A stretch of 64,000 bases of DNA from Squalus acanthias (lineage: Eukaryota). The notes under the pieces are model-generated. The model saw only the letters and a list, made by a program, of their open reading frames with translations. It searched no databases and was not told where the DNA came from. The position numbers and the translations under genes were made by a program. Positions 34,957 to 49,500 of the stretch are shown piece after piece; positions within the stretch are counted from its first letter, which is position 1, and the number at the start of each line of letters is the position of its first letter. The stretch covers positions 117,430,001-117,494,000 of the forward strand of contig CM059432.1 in the NCBI GenBank assembly GCA_030390025.1. The letters are read 5' to 3'.

Positions 34957-35624
34957 GAAGTTACATTACATTTATACAGAGCTCTGGTTGGACTCCATCT
35001 GCATTCAGTTCTGGGCACTCCACCTCAGGAAGGATATATTGACCTTGGAGGGGATGCAGTGCAGATTCACCAGAATGATACCGGGGCTATAAGGGTTAAA
35101 TTATGAAGACAGGTTGCATAGACTAGGCTTGTATTCCCTTGGGTATAGAAGATTAAGGGATGATCTAATTGAAGTGTTTAAGATGATCAAAGGATTTGCT
35201 GGGGTAGAGAGAGAGAGAAACTATTTCCTCTGGTGGGAGAGTCCAGAACAATGGGGCATAACCTTAAAATTAGAGCCAGGCCATTCATGGGGTGATGTCA
35301 GGAAGCACTTCTTCACACAAAGGGTAGTGGAAATCTGGAACTCTCTTCCCCGAAAAGCTATTGGGGCTCGGTCAACTGAAAATTTCAAAACTGAGATTGA
35401 AAGATTTTTGTTAGGCGAGGGTAGAAGGAGTTAAAATACAGATCACCCATGGTCTTATTGAATGGCGGAACAGGCTCGATGAGCTGAATGGCCTACTCCT
35501 GTTCCTATGTTCCCCTTCTCCCTCATCTACATGCTGTCCCTTGGCAACATCATCTGGAGACATGGGACCAGCTTCCATATGTATACTGATGCTGATGGCA
35601 CCCTCCACACTCTCCACCCCACCC

Positions 35625-36016
35625 GATCTCCTGGGAGGTGTGAAAAAACAGGTAAAAAGCAAAGGCAATTTGGGAAACAAAATCTGGGAAATTCCTCTCT
35701 GATCCATCTAGGCGATCAAAACTAGTCGAGGAGATCACCCTGGGTCTGAATTCCCTGCAGTCCCTACCTTCTGTAAGAGGTGATCTCTGCCCCAGCCAGA
35801 AACAGGTCCAGCTCTCGCTGGAAATAATTTAGCGAATCAGCATCCACCGCACGAGATGGGAAAAGCACCATCTCCTGACATCTAACCGAGATCTGGCCTT
35901 ACACAACTTAAAATTGTGACCATGGTCCTCCCTAACCTATTTAGTTGGAACAAACTGTCAAATGGAACACAATCTATTCCCTTCATCATCTTATAAACCT
36001 CAATCAGATCACCTCT
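35625..36016 (-). mobile_element. CR1-type 3' fragment
   Basis: RGDLIEVYKMMKGID on the minus strand. Confidence 0.65.
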
Positions 36017-36259
36017 ATCTTGATAACTAAAATGCTTTATACTGGGAATTAGTCAAGTGGCCCTCCTCTGGTGCTGGGGAATGAGGTGGGCCAGGTCGAC
36101 CAAGTGTCTGTGGGAGAACACTTGGGTACGAGTGATCATCATAACATACGATTTAGATTAGCAATGGAGAGGAGCAAGGAACAATCTAGAGTGGAACTTC
36201 TAAACTGGAATAGGGCTAACTTCAATGGGATGCGAAAGGATCTAGCCAGGGTAAAATGC

Positions 36260-37620
36260 AGGTGGCCACTCTTTCCATGGAAGAAGACATCATCGGAAAG
36301 GCTTGCAACATCATGTGACTCATGCTTGAGACGGACTCCTCCAATCTCTGCATTGGTGCACAGTGGAACGCCTGCCAGTACATCACACATTCTCTGTTGC
36401 TGCTCAAGAAGTATCCTGTTCGTCGACAGTCCCCTAGTTACAGCATCTGCGTCCAGCTGAGCAGAGCTTGGAGAGGGCTATACCCTCCGACGCAGACTTT
36501 CCACTGCTGTCCCTGTCTCCACCATCTGCTCTTGTTCACTTGTGAAGTGTGAGTCACCAGGTGAAAACCCAACTATCTGTCTACGAGGCCCCACCGAAGT
36601 GCGAGTATCTGAGCAGTTCATGGTCTGCATAAGTCATGTGACCTGTGCACCTCCTCCTCTGAGGAGTCGTCAGTGACCTGGATCACCTCCTGCAGGACGC
36701 GTGAAGGCCCTGTCGGAGATAAAAGACATGAACGACTACTGTCAAGGTAAGAATGTTTGAAGTTATCATTATGCACATGATCATATTTCACTCGCTGTTG
36801 ACATCAACAGGACTGAGTATTATATGTGACTGCCTGATATTTAATTCTGTCACCAGGTAGCTGGGAGGCCCCCATCTCCCCATATCAGATGGCCAGGCAT
36901 GCCACCTCCTCCTCTGCAGCTGTTAGTTGCGAGATGACTGGAGGGCCACCTCCGGTTCTCTGCCTCTCCCTCGTGTGCTGTGCTCTCTTCTCCTTCAAGA
37001 AGGGAAAGAAGAGACCTATGAGTGAGAGTAATGGCATGTGTTGAACGGATGGATGAAGAACATTTATTGAGGGTGACTATGAGGGAGAGGCATGACATTG
37101 CATAAGGATTAGGGTGAGTGTCAGTGTTGGATGGATAGATGGAGATGTGAGGAAGTGTATAGACAGAGAGGGATGGGTGCACCTGCAAGGTAAGTTGATG
37201 TGAGGAGAGATGTGCTTGAGTAGGCATAAGAAGGCAGAGTGAGGGGGTGGGGTGATACACACATCAGGATGTAATTGAATGTAGCATTGTACTCACCTTT
37301 CCTGCCCTCATGAGCTCATTAAATCTCTTCCTACATTGTATCCAGGACCGTCCCACCACACTCCTGCTGCTGACCACTTGTGCCACCTCCAGCCCTTGCC
37401 TTCTTGGTGTCCCCAGCCGGCTTCTTCCTCCCACTGCTAGGGGACAGTAGCTCCCTCCAGGTCCTGAAAGACCCCAGCAGCACATCCAAGGAGGCATCAC
37501 TGCAGCCTTTGACCTTCTACCTTCCATGGCAACACTTCTTTCACTCGCCTTCCCACCTCCAACTATTCCAACTTGCATGTTTGGATTATCCCTTTAAATA
37601 GTGGACTTAAAAATGGTGTC
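36260..37620 (-). pseudogene. Orphan Harbinger Myb/SANT gene remnant H2 (3 exons)
   Basis: RSWIQCRKRFNELMRAGK|GTGAGT; exon 3 aligns with 58700-59004. Confidence 0.7.
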
Positions 37621-38454
37621 GTGCAGGTCATCACCACGCCCACTGACGCTAATTGGTCGGGTAACCTGGAACTTGTATGTTAATGCATTGGCTGTGTTGA
37701 AAAGATCAAATTGTCTAACTTGCTGGGTTTTTATAAACAATGGACCATCTCCTGACGCTGCCTGGTCTTCCACAATGCAGCACTAAACTATGGAGTCAGT
37801 CCAGCTACCTCCAGCAGTCAGTCAGTGATATATCATGATCTAACTTCGCATTATGCTATTTTAATGACCCTTAAGACTAAAGTGCTGACGATTTTCTTGG
37901 CACCTCCATGCTAGACCTTTGACCTGTTCTTCCAGAACATTGATAGATTTTATAGTCCACTTTAAACATGCCACTTTTGATTGGTTTTTCTCAGTATATA
38001 TATCTGAAACCATTGACTCCACGCAAGTTTAATTTAAATGGATAATTTAGATAATGATTTCAATCAGCTCAACAATAATTTGCTAATGTCTCTTCTCTTG
38101 CTTTCCTTAGTGACATGGACGGGGTCAAGTGCAGGCTGAAAACCAAGTCAAGGTCATATTGCTGGCGCTTTGTGATATGCAGTCCAATCATATTATCCAT
38201 GTGCACAGGTGGATTTTCCACAAACCCGACTGCCAATGTATCTGGTAGGGTGAATTTCCATGCAGTTTCACCACTTTTATGCCATGGAAAAATATTTGCC
38301 TACTGATAATCTGGAGAGGCATTTACACCAGAGTTTCCTGTATCCCCTCATTTGTATATCCATTGAAGTAGCGATTGGCATGAATTCTGTGTAAAACAGG
38401 TGTAATCTGCTGGGGCGCATGGATACTAGAGTGAACGCTGTAAAAAAAATGCTT

Positions 38455-38690
38455 TAGTGTTTAAAATCATGAAGAGTTTAGATAGAGTAAATAAAGAGAA
38501 ACTGTTTCCAATGGCTGAAGGATCGATAGCGAGAGGGCACAGATTTAAGATGATTGGCAAAACAACCAGAGGCAACATGAGGGAAAGCTTTTTTATGCAA
38601 TGAGTGGTTAGGATTTGGAATGCACTGCCTGATAGGGTGGTGGGTACAGATTCAATAGTTGCCTTCAAAAGGGAACTGGATAAATACTTG
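38455..38690 (+). mobile_element. CR1 3' fragment
   Basis: VVRIWNALPDRVV..IVAFKRELDKYL. Confidence 0.85.
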
Positions 38691-38850
38691 ATTACATGTC
38701 TCATGAATCTTTTCGTGCCAATTTTCAAGAATGTCTACCATTCTGCTGCTGGCAGCTGGCACACACAGACCAGGACACGGCACACAGGTAGAGAATGAGA
38801 TGCCACAATTTCACAGAGGCTGACGTGCAAGTCCTCCTCAACAAAATAAA

Positions 38851-39104
38851 GGGGCACGGTAGCATAGTGGTTATATTACTGGACTAGTAATCAGGAGGGA
38901 CTGGACTACTAATCCTGGTAGATAAGAGTTCAAATCCCACCATGGCAATTTGTGAATTTGAATTCAGTTAATTAAATAATTGTGCAATAAAAATGGTGAC
39001 CATGATTGTCATAAAACCCCAACTGGTTCACTTTAGGAAAAGAAACCTAGTCTATATGTGACTCCAGACCCACAGAAATGTGGTAGAATCTTAACTGCCC
39101 AAGC
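38851..39104 (+). mobile_element. tRNA-derived SINE (different family)
   Basis: A box GGTAGCATAGTGG and B box GAGTTCAAATCC. Confidence 0.65.
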
Positions 39105-39369
39105 AAGTCCCGCCTCTAAACCCGCCTCCCCAGGGCTGGCAAGATTGCGCCCAATGTAATTTTGAGATGCACAATTAGCAGAAAAATTCAGTTACTCCCC
39201 ATTATTTCTCTTTGCTGAGCAGATTATTTAAACCAATTAAGAATGTATTTGTAAAAGGAGGCTGTCCCACAAGTTTGTTTTAAGTTAACATTTAGTTTTC
39301 TGTGATTTAGACACTAGTTGGAGATTACCTCAAAGTCTGCTGTGTGATTGGTTTTCCTGTTCTGTCAGT

Positions 39370-39745
39370 TTAATGTACAAAGGTGAAATATTTTATGTCT
39401 ACTGCTTCACCCTTATCTAACCTTTCTTCTACTTCTTCAAAGAATTCAATAAGTTTGGTCAAGCATGAACTTCCCTTTTGAAATCCATGCTGACTACTCT
39501 ATTCTATTTTCAGTTTCTAGATGTTTTTCTATTACATCTTTGAGTAAGGATTCCATTATATTTCCTGTCACCGACATTAAGCTAACTGGTCTCTAGTTCC
39601 CTGGACTTGTTCTATCTCCCTTTTTAAATATAGGAATAACATTAGCTGTCCGCCAGTCCTCTGGCACTATTCCCTTTTCTAATGAATTGTTATATATATG
39701 TAATAGTGCCTCTGCTATCTCTTCCCTAACTTCTTTTAAAATGTG
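39370..39745 (-). mobile_element. CR1 RT fragment
   Basis: VPEDWRTANVIPIFKKGDR; SQHGFQKG. Confidence 0.85.
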
Positions 39746-41182
39746 CAGAGATATGCTCTGAAATAAAGTAAATGTCGGAAATGCATAGCAGACTGATGCG
39801 CTTCTGAAGGATAAAGCTAGATTGACGTTTTGGGTGAAACTTTTTATCAGAACTCTTGGCCTTGGGAGACACTCTTCAGCCAATATGTTAAGCCTTACTT
39901 TACAGACAAAAACTACCACTTATATCTTCTTGACTTATAAATTGTCTCAGAATGCAGCTGGTAAGAGTTTATAGACATAATAATCTACATATAATATGTG
40001 AATGGTTCAGTTAAAGTCAATGCCAAGTTGCCGGGCAGCACTCCTGATGCAGTATAATCGATAATTCAAAAGCTGGAGTGCATGGAAGTGGTTATTGTAA
40101 TTCAGAAAATATTTAACATCTGTGCTGAAAAGCTCTAACTGATTATTAGATTCTATATATACTCTTTATTAGGGTTACAGAAGAATATGTGATTCATGCT
40201 AACTAAAGCAAATTTTGTTGGAGCGTGTTCATGCCTGTTTATATTGCACTGAGAAGTAACTAATGCATTTGTTATGAAAATGATAACTGTCCTAGGCACC
40301 ATTTAGAAATCAAAAGAGTATCGTCTGGATTTTCTAGTGGATTTTGAATTACTCTGGTATAGATGGATTTAAAATACTGAAAAAAGTAAGAGTATGCCAC
40401 TCGTTATAATTCAGTACTTTGGAGTGTTTTGTACTGAAATGCTGTGGATTAACTTGTTCATTACATTAAGTACATGTGAAAATACTTAATAGACCAGTTG
40501 GTTCAAATTTGTCGCTCACTCCATTTCTAGATGCATATTGATTTCAGCTCCAAGAATGCGTTGCCATTTGGTCTGATTAAATAAACCAGTCTAAAATCAA
40601 TAAGATATTTATTTAGAGTATCACCAATTGAGTCACTATGTACTGTGGATAATTTACGGGTTTTCAACTATGTTTTGGCTAGAGCATGACTGTTCAAGAA
40701 CAACCACAGTATTGGTTAAGGCAATGCTGGAAATCAGAAATAAAAACAAAATGCTGGAATTGCAAACAGGTTGATCACCATCTGGAACAGAAAGACAGAT
40801 TAACATTCAGTGTCATCCTTAATCAGTTCTCAGTTAGATTTACATCTGCAACATTCAGGGATGTTAGGGTTCCCTCCCCTCCCGCTTTTAGCGAAAGTCT
40901 CCCCAAATTGGCGATTCCTCTCCCGAGTGCTGTCTCTAGCAGTCCTGGAGATCAGCAGTTTAATTTTCCCACTGCAATGTGCCCTCCCACCCCACTCCGG
41001 GACATCACCGGCTGCTGCTCAGTGAAGCCTCACAAGGACACTAACTGCACGGTGAATTTACCTGTCATCACACACATTATGGGCGGCGCACTGATGCCTG
41101 AGACTTTTCAGCCTTTCGTTGTCAGGAGATGTTACCCTTTGGCTGTAGCCACTGGTGGTCCCGATCTAATGGGCCATTCACA

Positions 41183-44100
41183 ATCAACAACTTGCCTTTA
41201 GATAGCACCTTTAACGTAGGAAAGTGTCCCAAGGCGCTTCACAGGAGCGTAATCAGACAAAATTGACACCAAGTCAAAGAAAGAGATATAAGGAAGGGGG
41301 TTTAAAAGAGTGGTTAAATGAGATAGATTGTAAGGAGATTCTTAAAGGAGGAGAGGGAGGTGGAGAGCCAGAGATGTTTAGGGAAAGAATTCTGGAGCAT
41401 AAGGCCGAGATGGCTGAAAGCACAGTCATCAATGGAGGGTTAATTAAGGAAGAGAGGGTGCACAAGAGTTCAGAGTTGGAGGAAAGCAGAGTTTTCAAAT
41501 GTCGTAAGGTTGGAGAAAGTTTACGGATATAGGGAGTAGCGAGGCTATGAAGAGATTTAAACATGAGGGTGCGAATTGTACATTGGAAGCGTTGGGGCAC
41601 CAGGAGCCATTGTAGGTTAGAGAGTACAAGGGTGATGGGCGATGGGGACATCGTGCAGGATAGGATATGGACAGCAGAATTCTGGATGAGCTGATGTTTA
41701 GGGAAGGTAGAGGATGAGAGGCCAACCAGGAGAGCATTGGAATAATCAAGTTGGGAGGTGACAAAGGCATGGCTGAGGGTTTCAGCAGCAGATGGGCTAA
41801 GGAAGGGGCAGAGGCAGGTGATGTTACCAAGGTGGAAGTAGGGAGTCCTTGTGGTGGAAAGGATATAGGGTCAGAAGCTCAGCTTGAGATCAAATAGTTG
41901 TAAGCAGTCTGAATCAACCTGTGACAGTGGCTGAAGAGGGGGATGGAATCGATGGCAAGGGTACAAAATTTGTGGTTGGGGCCAAAGATGTTTAACTGGA
42001 GGAAACTGTAGCTCATCCAAGACTGGATGTTGGACAAGTACTCTGATAACACAGAGGCAGTGAACGGGTCAAGACAGGTGGTGGAGAGGTAGAGCTGGAT
42101 GTTGTCAGCGTACATGTGGAACCTGACCCGACATCTTCGGATGATAACACCAAGGAGCAGCATGTAGATGAGGATAAGGAGGAGACTTAGTATAGATCCT
42201 GGGGGACTCCAGAGGTAACAATGCAGGGGAGAGAGGAGAATCCATTGCCATCAGTACGGGGTGGAAAGAGAGGGCATTGCTGAAGATGCTCTAGCAATGA
42301 TTTGATAGTTAAGAGTTGAATCAAGCAAGGGAAGTCCTACTGAGCTGGACAACAGACCAAAGGCATTGGATTAGGGTGGTGTGGTTAACTATGTCAAATT
42401 CTGCACAAAGGTCAAAGAGGACAAGGAGGGAAATGCATTATGGTCACAGTCACAAAGGATGTCATTTAAGACTTTAAATAAGGCTGTTTCAATGCTGTGG
42501 CAGGGGCGGAAACTTGGTTGGGCAGGTTCAAATATGGAGTTGTGGTAAAGATGCACACTGGTTTGGGAAGCAACAAAATAGTCACGGACTTTGGTGAGGA
42601 AAGGGAAGTTGGAGATGGGGGGGGGGTAGTTTTTAACAACAGAAGGATCAAGAGTGTTTTTTTTGAGGAAAGGTTGGCAGTGATTCTGAAAGGGAGGGGG
42701 ACAGTACCTGAGGAGAGGAAACCAGTTATAATGGTAGCTAGCATAGGGCCCAGGAAGGGAAGTTGGGTGGTCAGCAGTTTTGTAGGCATGGGGTCAAGGG
42801 ATCAGGAGGTTGGTCTCTTGGACAAGATGAGCTCAGAGAGGACATAAAAGGAGATAGGAGAGAAACTAGAGAAGGATGTTGGTTTGAGGCTAGGGCAGGG
42901 AGGAGCCTTGGGGAGGTTTGGCTTGGTGAACAATGGAAAGGGGGTTGGGGGGAGTGCAGCAAAAGTAGCTGAACAGATGGTCTCAGTCTTAGTGGAAAAA
43001 GAACCCCATGAGTTCCTTGCACATGTTGTTGGAAGTGAGAGCAGAGGGGGCAGCGGAGAGGGGTTTAAGCAGACAATTGATAGCGGAGAAAAGAAGCCGG
43101 GATTATCTTTGTTCCGGGGGGAAAGTAGAAGGAAGTGAGGTTGGAAAGAAGTAGGGGGATGTTGGAAAGAGGTGCAGAGGCTGAGGGAGGAAAGAGGGGA
43201 AGGTATTTCAGTGAGAAAATCAAGGTGGGGATTTGGTGGGTCGTAGAGAACAAGGGGGCAACATTGAGCTCTGTAGCACCCATGTTTTAGGTGCTACGTG
43301 GCCTCCTAATGCTCGAAAATTGTGTCTGAGATGCACACGCACACTTCCAATGGGAAGTGCGCAAGATGCCATCTTGGTAAAGGAATTAGTGCGCGCGCAC
43401 CTAATGACCACTGGCAGCATGCAGAGCAGGCAGATAATGACATCAATCAGTGTACAATGCTGATTTCACACCAGCGCTGCCATTTTTTAACTTCACAGTC
43501 CAGCCAATGCCTTGTCTTAGCCTTGCACAGCTGAACACAATGTTAAACAGAATGAAGGACCCCCCACAAGCACTATTTAAAGGGATCATGAACTATTTAC
43601 AGGTTAGTTGCTGGATTATTTCTTCTGGCTGCTGGTGCAATTGTACATGTTTTTGGAGCTTTCCTATACTTGCCTGACGTTTGAGTACTCTACAGGATGT
43701 GGTCTGGCTGGTGCTGAAGTACTTTCCTGTTCATTTAAAAGCTTGTGCTGAAACAAGTTGCTTTCAGACATGGGTGGCCTGGTAGGCCTTCCTCTTGGAA
43801 TTGAGCTTGACTGGGAGAATGAAGAGTGGCCACACAGAGAATGACCAGCTGCTCGGAGAGGGAGGAGGAGGAGGGGTAGAAGGGTTCTCAGCAGGAGGCC
43901 ATATCTGCCAAAGGTTTTTAGGCAGCAATTCTGTTACCTCAACTTCAATGAGGACCGATGCATGAGATGTCTTCACTTCACAAAAGAGGTTGTGACTGAA
44001 ATCTGCCAACTTCAGCAGCCACAACTGCAATCTCAAAGCAGGGCAAGGACAGAACTGGATGTGGCAGTCATGGTGATAGCTTCCAGTATGTGCGAGCTGT

Positions 44101-45095
44101 GTGCTGTGGGTATGAGGCTTGCAACAGTGCTAAGTGTGTGAGGGTGAGGTAAAGTATAGAAATTGAAGTGTTGAATATTGATTCGAGATTGTTGGTAGGC
44201 AGGTGATGGGGGTGTAGTGATTTGAGCAGCGGATGAGGCTAGTGGTGCAGTTGGTAGGATATGCCATTTCTTCCTGCACAGCATCCATGTTCTTGGAGCA
44301 ACACTCCTGTCATTGACCTCTGCTGTTACTTCTTCCCACTGCCTCCTGAGCATATGTCTGGTGAGCCTCCTGTCCCCCTGTTGATACAGGATGTCTCTCC
44401 TTCTCTCCATGTCTTGTACCAAGATCTCCAGTGTAGTGTCTGAAAACCTTGTTGCATGCTCTCTCGCATGTTCAGCCATTGCTCAAAGTGTGACAGCACA
44501 AATTGACTTTTGAAAAACTCTCCCACCACTTCTTGCAGACACAATGCACCTCCCCTTTAAGAGGTGCAGGCTGCCTGTAAGTAGCGTTAGCCATTCGCAA
44601 TATCGGGCCCCCTGCTGAAGCGTGCAGCCAATGAATGGCACAGTTAATGCTGGCTGCACACAGCAATCATTTAAAACAGCAGGCAGCAGCAATTTAACAT
44701 GCTGCCTTCAATGCAATGAATGGGCGCGGGTTAATCGCTTAGCACAATCACCGCACCTGTTTTCGAGGGTGAGAATATTTAACCCCCCAAATACTTAAAG
44801 GAGAGGTGAGTGGGGTGAAACAAAGTGAGATACTTGAAGGAGGATAAGACACTAGAAGAGCAGGGGGAAGAGACCAAAGTGAGACTTGGTGATAAGGGCC
44901 ACACTGCCACCATGGCACTTCTTATGGGTCAGGTAGGGAACAGTATCGCCAGGAAGATAGGCTTCAGTAAGGGGCAAGGTGTCGCCATCAATGTGCCAAA
45001 TGCCTGTCAAAACCATGATGTCAATGCAATCATCAACAATAAGGTCGTGGATGGCAATGGCCTTGTTCACTAGTGAATGGACATTCTGGAGGGAA
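41183..45095 (-). mobile_element. Long decayed L2 LINE (EN to 3' tail) split by Harbinger H3
   Basis: EN-like ORF 44852-45070; FHMYADNIQLY; L2 tail near 41190. Confidence 0.85.
43254..44787 (+). mobile_element. Internally deleted Harbinger H3, 1534 bp
   Basis: GGGGG...CCCCC ends with TSD CAA; transposase 5' part from ATG 43770 (RRPYLPKVFRQQF); Myb exon 1 on the minus strand from 44479 (RFSDTTLEILV..WEEV..RTWMLCRKKW). Confidence 0.85.
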
Positions 45096-46082
45096 ATGTG
45101 GAGAAAGACAGTGATTGCTGATCCACTCAGAGTCCAAAGGAACAGTCCTTGATGAGGTAAGTGGAACGGGAAGGTGGTTGGCGAGATTATCCCCCAAGGA
45201 GGTCATCCAAAGAAGAAGATGGAGTAGTTGGTGATGCTACTTGTAAGCGAGGCAGTGACTGACCCAGTACTGATATGCTGTTGATGGCTGCTCACTGAGA
45301 ATGAGACTGAAAAGTCTCTTGGATTTGCAAGAGTGGTTCGCAAGTGTTTTAGCAGAAGATAAATTCTGTCAGTTTATGCTTGTTCATAGATTTTTGTGAC
45401 TGAAAGCAGCATGTATTTTAATTATGGCATGTTGCTACTAAAGGACAACTTCAGAATAAAGGCCTAAGATGGCCTTTTCCTAATTATTTATCAAAATACA
45501 CTCCAATTTTTAAGTCAGCAAGCTAGTTTTGACAGAACATGACACTGTTTTGGTTATTGAAGAGTCACTTTGCTCATCGAGTTGTCACCCTCCTGTTATT
45601 TCTGTAGCTAGGTCACTGACTTTATGTTCCAGTGCCTCGCCCAGGCTCCCAGCATCCACTGCTAATCAGTTTGATCAATGGAACAGCCCTCAGCCAAGGA
45701 CAGCTGTAAAGATTGATATATATATATAAAAAAATACATTTTACATAAATTCCAGATGGTATAGTAAAAGGACTTCTGTCATATTTTACTAGTTGAAAAA
45801 TACGAAGATCCAGAGTGCTACAATGCACTAAAGGATTGATTGTTGTTCCTGCAATGCTCCAGGGTTTCTGAGAACAGTATGCTGAGCCAGAGGCTGGACA
45901 CCTCCCCACAGGAGCAGTGGAGGTCAATCTGAACCATCTCCTCCTTGATTCACAGGCAGGTTGATGGAGGCCTGGGAGCAGGTTATTTGTTAGCTGGGGA
46001 TAATTGTGTGGCTCAGGCAATTGCAAGAAATAGGAAGTGGAGAAAATATATATAAAAAATGTGAATTCTACTTTTGACCAAA

Positions 46083-46505
46083 GAAAGAGCAAGAAAGAAT
46101 TTGCATTTATAAAGTGCCATTCATGACCTAAGAATGGCCCAAAGCACTTCATAGACAATTAAGTACTTTTTTGAAGTTTAGATACTGTTATAATGTAGAG
46201 AAACATGGCAACCAATTTGAACACAGCAAAGTCCCACAAACAGTAATGAGATAATGAACAGATTATCTGTTTTAGTGATGTTGGTTGAGGGATAAATATT
46301 GACCAGGACACCTGAGAACTCCCCTGCTCTTCGAATATTATTATGAGATCTTTCATGTCCACCTGAAAGGGCAGAGGAAGCCTTGCTTTAAAGTCACATC
46401 AAAAAGACAGCACCTCTGACTCCCACATTACTGCACTGAAGTGTCAACTTAGATAATACACTGAAGTCACTGGAGTGGGGCTTGATCCTACAACTTTCTG
46501 ACTCA
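46083..46505 (-). mobile_element. Deu-domain SINE; its extreme 5' end is displaced to 51138-51162 by a CR1 insertion
   Basis: Colinear with 681-1127; GTGCTACCACTGAGCCATGGCTGAC resumes after the CR1 tail. Confidence 0.8.
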
Positions 46506-49500
46506 TTGGCAAGTAAGCCACATGCAAATTGGCGTAGGGATAAGCTGATCAGGGAAGTGAACACGTGGCTAAAGAAGTGGTGTGGGAAAGAGGGGTTCCA
46601 TTTCATGGGGCACTGGCACCAGTATTGGGACAGGAAGGAACTGTACCGTTGGGACGGGCTTCACCTGAACCGGTCGGGGACCAGGGTCCTAGTGGAAAGG
46701 ATAAATAGGGCGGTCACAAGGACTTTAAACTAGTATATGGGGGGAGGAGGGCTCAGGTGGAAATTGTAGTACAAATAGTAGTTCAAAAACAAACGAAAGG
46801 GAAGAGAGAAGAGTGACAGTCAGAAATTGTGCTTTAGGCATTACAGGTAAAGGGAAAACTAAAATATGTAAAGTGATTAAACCAGGAGAGAGAAATAAGA
46901 AACATGTGAGTAAAACATTTGAGCTGAAGGACAGGCTCGGGTGTGTGGCCCAAATAATCATTCTTTATACAAACGCACAGAATATAAGGAATAAATTGAA
47001 TGGAATGCAGGTGCAAATTCAAATTGGATGGTATGGCATGGTAGCCAGTACTGAGACATGGCTGCAAGATGGTCTGGACTGGGAACTAAATATACCATGT
47101 TATAAGGTCTACAGGAAAGAGGGAAAATGGCAGAGGGGGAGGAGTAGCTTTAGTGATTAAGGATGAAATCACTTCAATGATAAGAGAGGATATAAAGAGA
47201 GGTAAGCAGGCAGTGGAGACTTGATGGTAGAATTAAGAAATAGGAAAGGATTTAAGACTGTAATGGGAGTTGTGTATAGGCCCCCTGGTAGCAGCTGTGA
47301 AGTGCTAGATTGTATAAATGCAGAAATTAGACAAGTGTGTAGTAAAGGTAGAGTGATTTTAATGGGGGATTTTAACTTTCATATAAACTGGGATAAGCAG
47401 ACTAGCACCTGTCAGAAAGGTAGGGAATTTCTTAAGTGTGTCCAGGATAGTTTTCTACAACAATATGTCCTAGAGCCATATCAGATTTAGTAATGAGTAA
47501 TGAGCCAGATTTCGTTAATAGCCTAACTGTGCATGAACATTTATCCAATAGCGATCATAACATGATCGAGTTCAATGTAGTGTTTGAAAGTGAGAAACGT
47601 GAAACAGCCACTAAGATTCTAGATTTAGATAAGGCCGACTTCAATGGGATGAGGCAGAGACTGTCCACAGTAAACTGGGCAAATCTGTTAATGGGTAAAA
47701 CGGCAGAGGATCAGTGGGAGATGTTCAAAAAATAATTTAATGTGATACAGAACCAGTTTATACCCCTGAGGGGCAAGAGCTCTGCTTGTCAAAAAAAAAC
47801 AGCCATGGACAACTAAAGAGGTAAAGGACAGCATAAAACTAAAAGAAAAAGCATACAAAAATACAAAAAATAGCACAGATCCTGGTGAATGGGAAAGATA
47901 CAAAGAACAGCAAAGGGTTATAAAACAGATAGTAAGAGCTATAAAAAGGGAGTATGAAAAGAAACTTGCAAGGGATATCAAAATCAATACAAACAATTTT
48001 TACAATTACATTAGGAAAAAGAGAGTAGTCAGGGGCAATGTTGACTTAAAAATTAAAAAAAAACTGAAGCTGGCGATACTGTCAATGATAATAAGGAAAT
48101 GGTGGACATGTTGGATAATTACTTTGCATCAGTATTTACAGTAGAAGAGGATAGCATGCCGGAAATCCCAAGGAAACTAATATTGAATCGGGACAGGGAC
48201 TCAATAAAATTAACGTAAGTAAAATAACAGTAATGAAGAAATTAATGGCACTAAAGAGTGACAAATCCCCAGGACCAGATGGTTTTACATAGGATTACAT
48301 AGGATATATGGCACAGAAACAGGCCATTCGGCCCAACCAGTCCATGCCGGCGTTTATGTTCCACACGAGCCTCCTCCTGTCTTTCCTCATCTAAATCTAT
48401 CAGCGTAACCCTCTATTCCCTGGTCCCTCACCTACTTATCTAGCCTCCCCTTAAATGCATCTATACTATTCGCTTCAACCACTCCCTGTGGTAGCGAGTT
48501 CCACATTCTCACCATTCTTTGGGTAAAGAAGTTTCTTCTGAATTCCCTATTGGATTTCTTGGTGACTACCTTATATTGATGGCCTCTAGTTATGTTCTTC
48601 CCCACAAGTAGAAACACTCCCTCTGTATCTACTCTATCAAAACCTCTCATAATTTTAAAGACCTCTATTAGGTCACCCCTCAGCCTTCTTTTTTCAAGAG
48701 AAAAGAGACCCAGCCTGTTCATCCTTTCCTGATATGTATACCCTCGCATTTCTGCTATCATCCTTGTAAATCTTCTCTGCACCCTCTCCAGTGCCTCGAA
48801 ATCCTTTTTATAATATGGCGACCAGAACTGCACGCAATGCTCTAAGTGTGGTCTAACCAAGGTTCGATACAGGTTTAGCATAACTTCCCTACTTTTCAAT
48901 TCTGTCCCTCTAGAAATAAACCCGAGTGCTTGGTATGCTTTTTTTATAGCCTTGATAACCTGTGGCGCAACTTTTAGTGATTTGTGTATATGTATTCCGA
49001 GATCCCTTTGTTCCTCTACTCCACCTAGACCCGCACCCTCCAAGTGATAAGTGACCTCCCTATTCTTCCTACCAAAATACCTCACATTTATCTGTGTTGA
49101 ACTTCATTTGCCAATTATTTGCCCATTCTGCAAGTTTATTAATGTCCTCCTGTAATTTGTTGCAGTCCTCCTCAGTATTGACTATCCCCCCCCCAAATTT
49201 GTATCATCTGCAAAATTGAAATTGTGTTTTTGATTCCAAAGTCTAAATCATTAATGTAAATTTTGAACAGCAGTGGTCCCAGCACTGATCCTTGTGGAAC
49301 ACCACTACCCACCTTCTGCCACTGTGAATAGCTACCCTATATCTCCCACTCTCTGCTTTTTGCCTTGAAGCCAGCTAGCAATCCATTCTGCTACTTGTCC
49401 CCTGACTCCGCATTCTCTGACCTTATTCATTAGTCTATTATGGGGTACTTTATCGAAGGCCCTTTGAAAATCTAGATAAATTACATCTACTGCATTACCA

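Larger units (their letters stand above)
28930..35510 (+). mobile_element. Decayed CR1 ORF2 carrying nested SINE, L2, CR1-group and Penelope-derived insertions
   Basis: AITEIWL..GGGVAIL (EN) at 28985-29257; RT pieces 33950-34730; C-terminus 35114-35434. Confidence 0.88.

Noticed and set aside
38851..38945. tRNA gene
   Set aside because: A/B boxes present but the spacing is extended and a SINE body follows
45529..46158. ORFs 45529-45729 and 45622-46158
   Set aside because: No recognisable motifs; the longer one starts in a SINE
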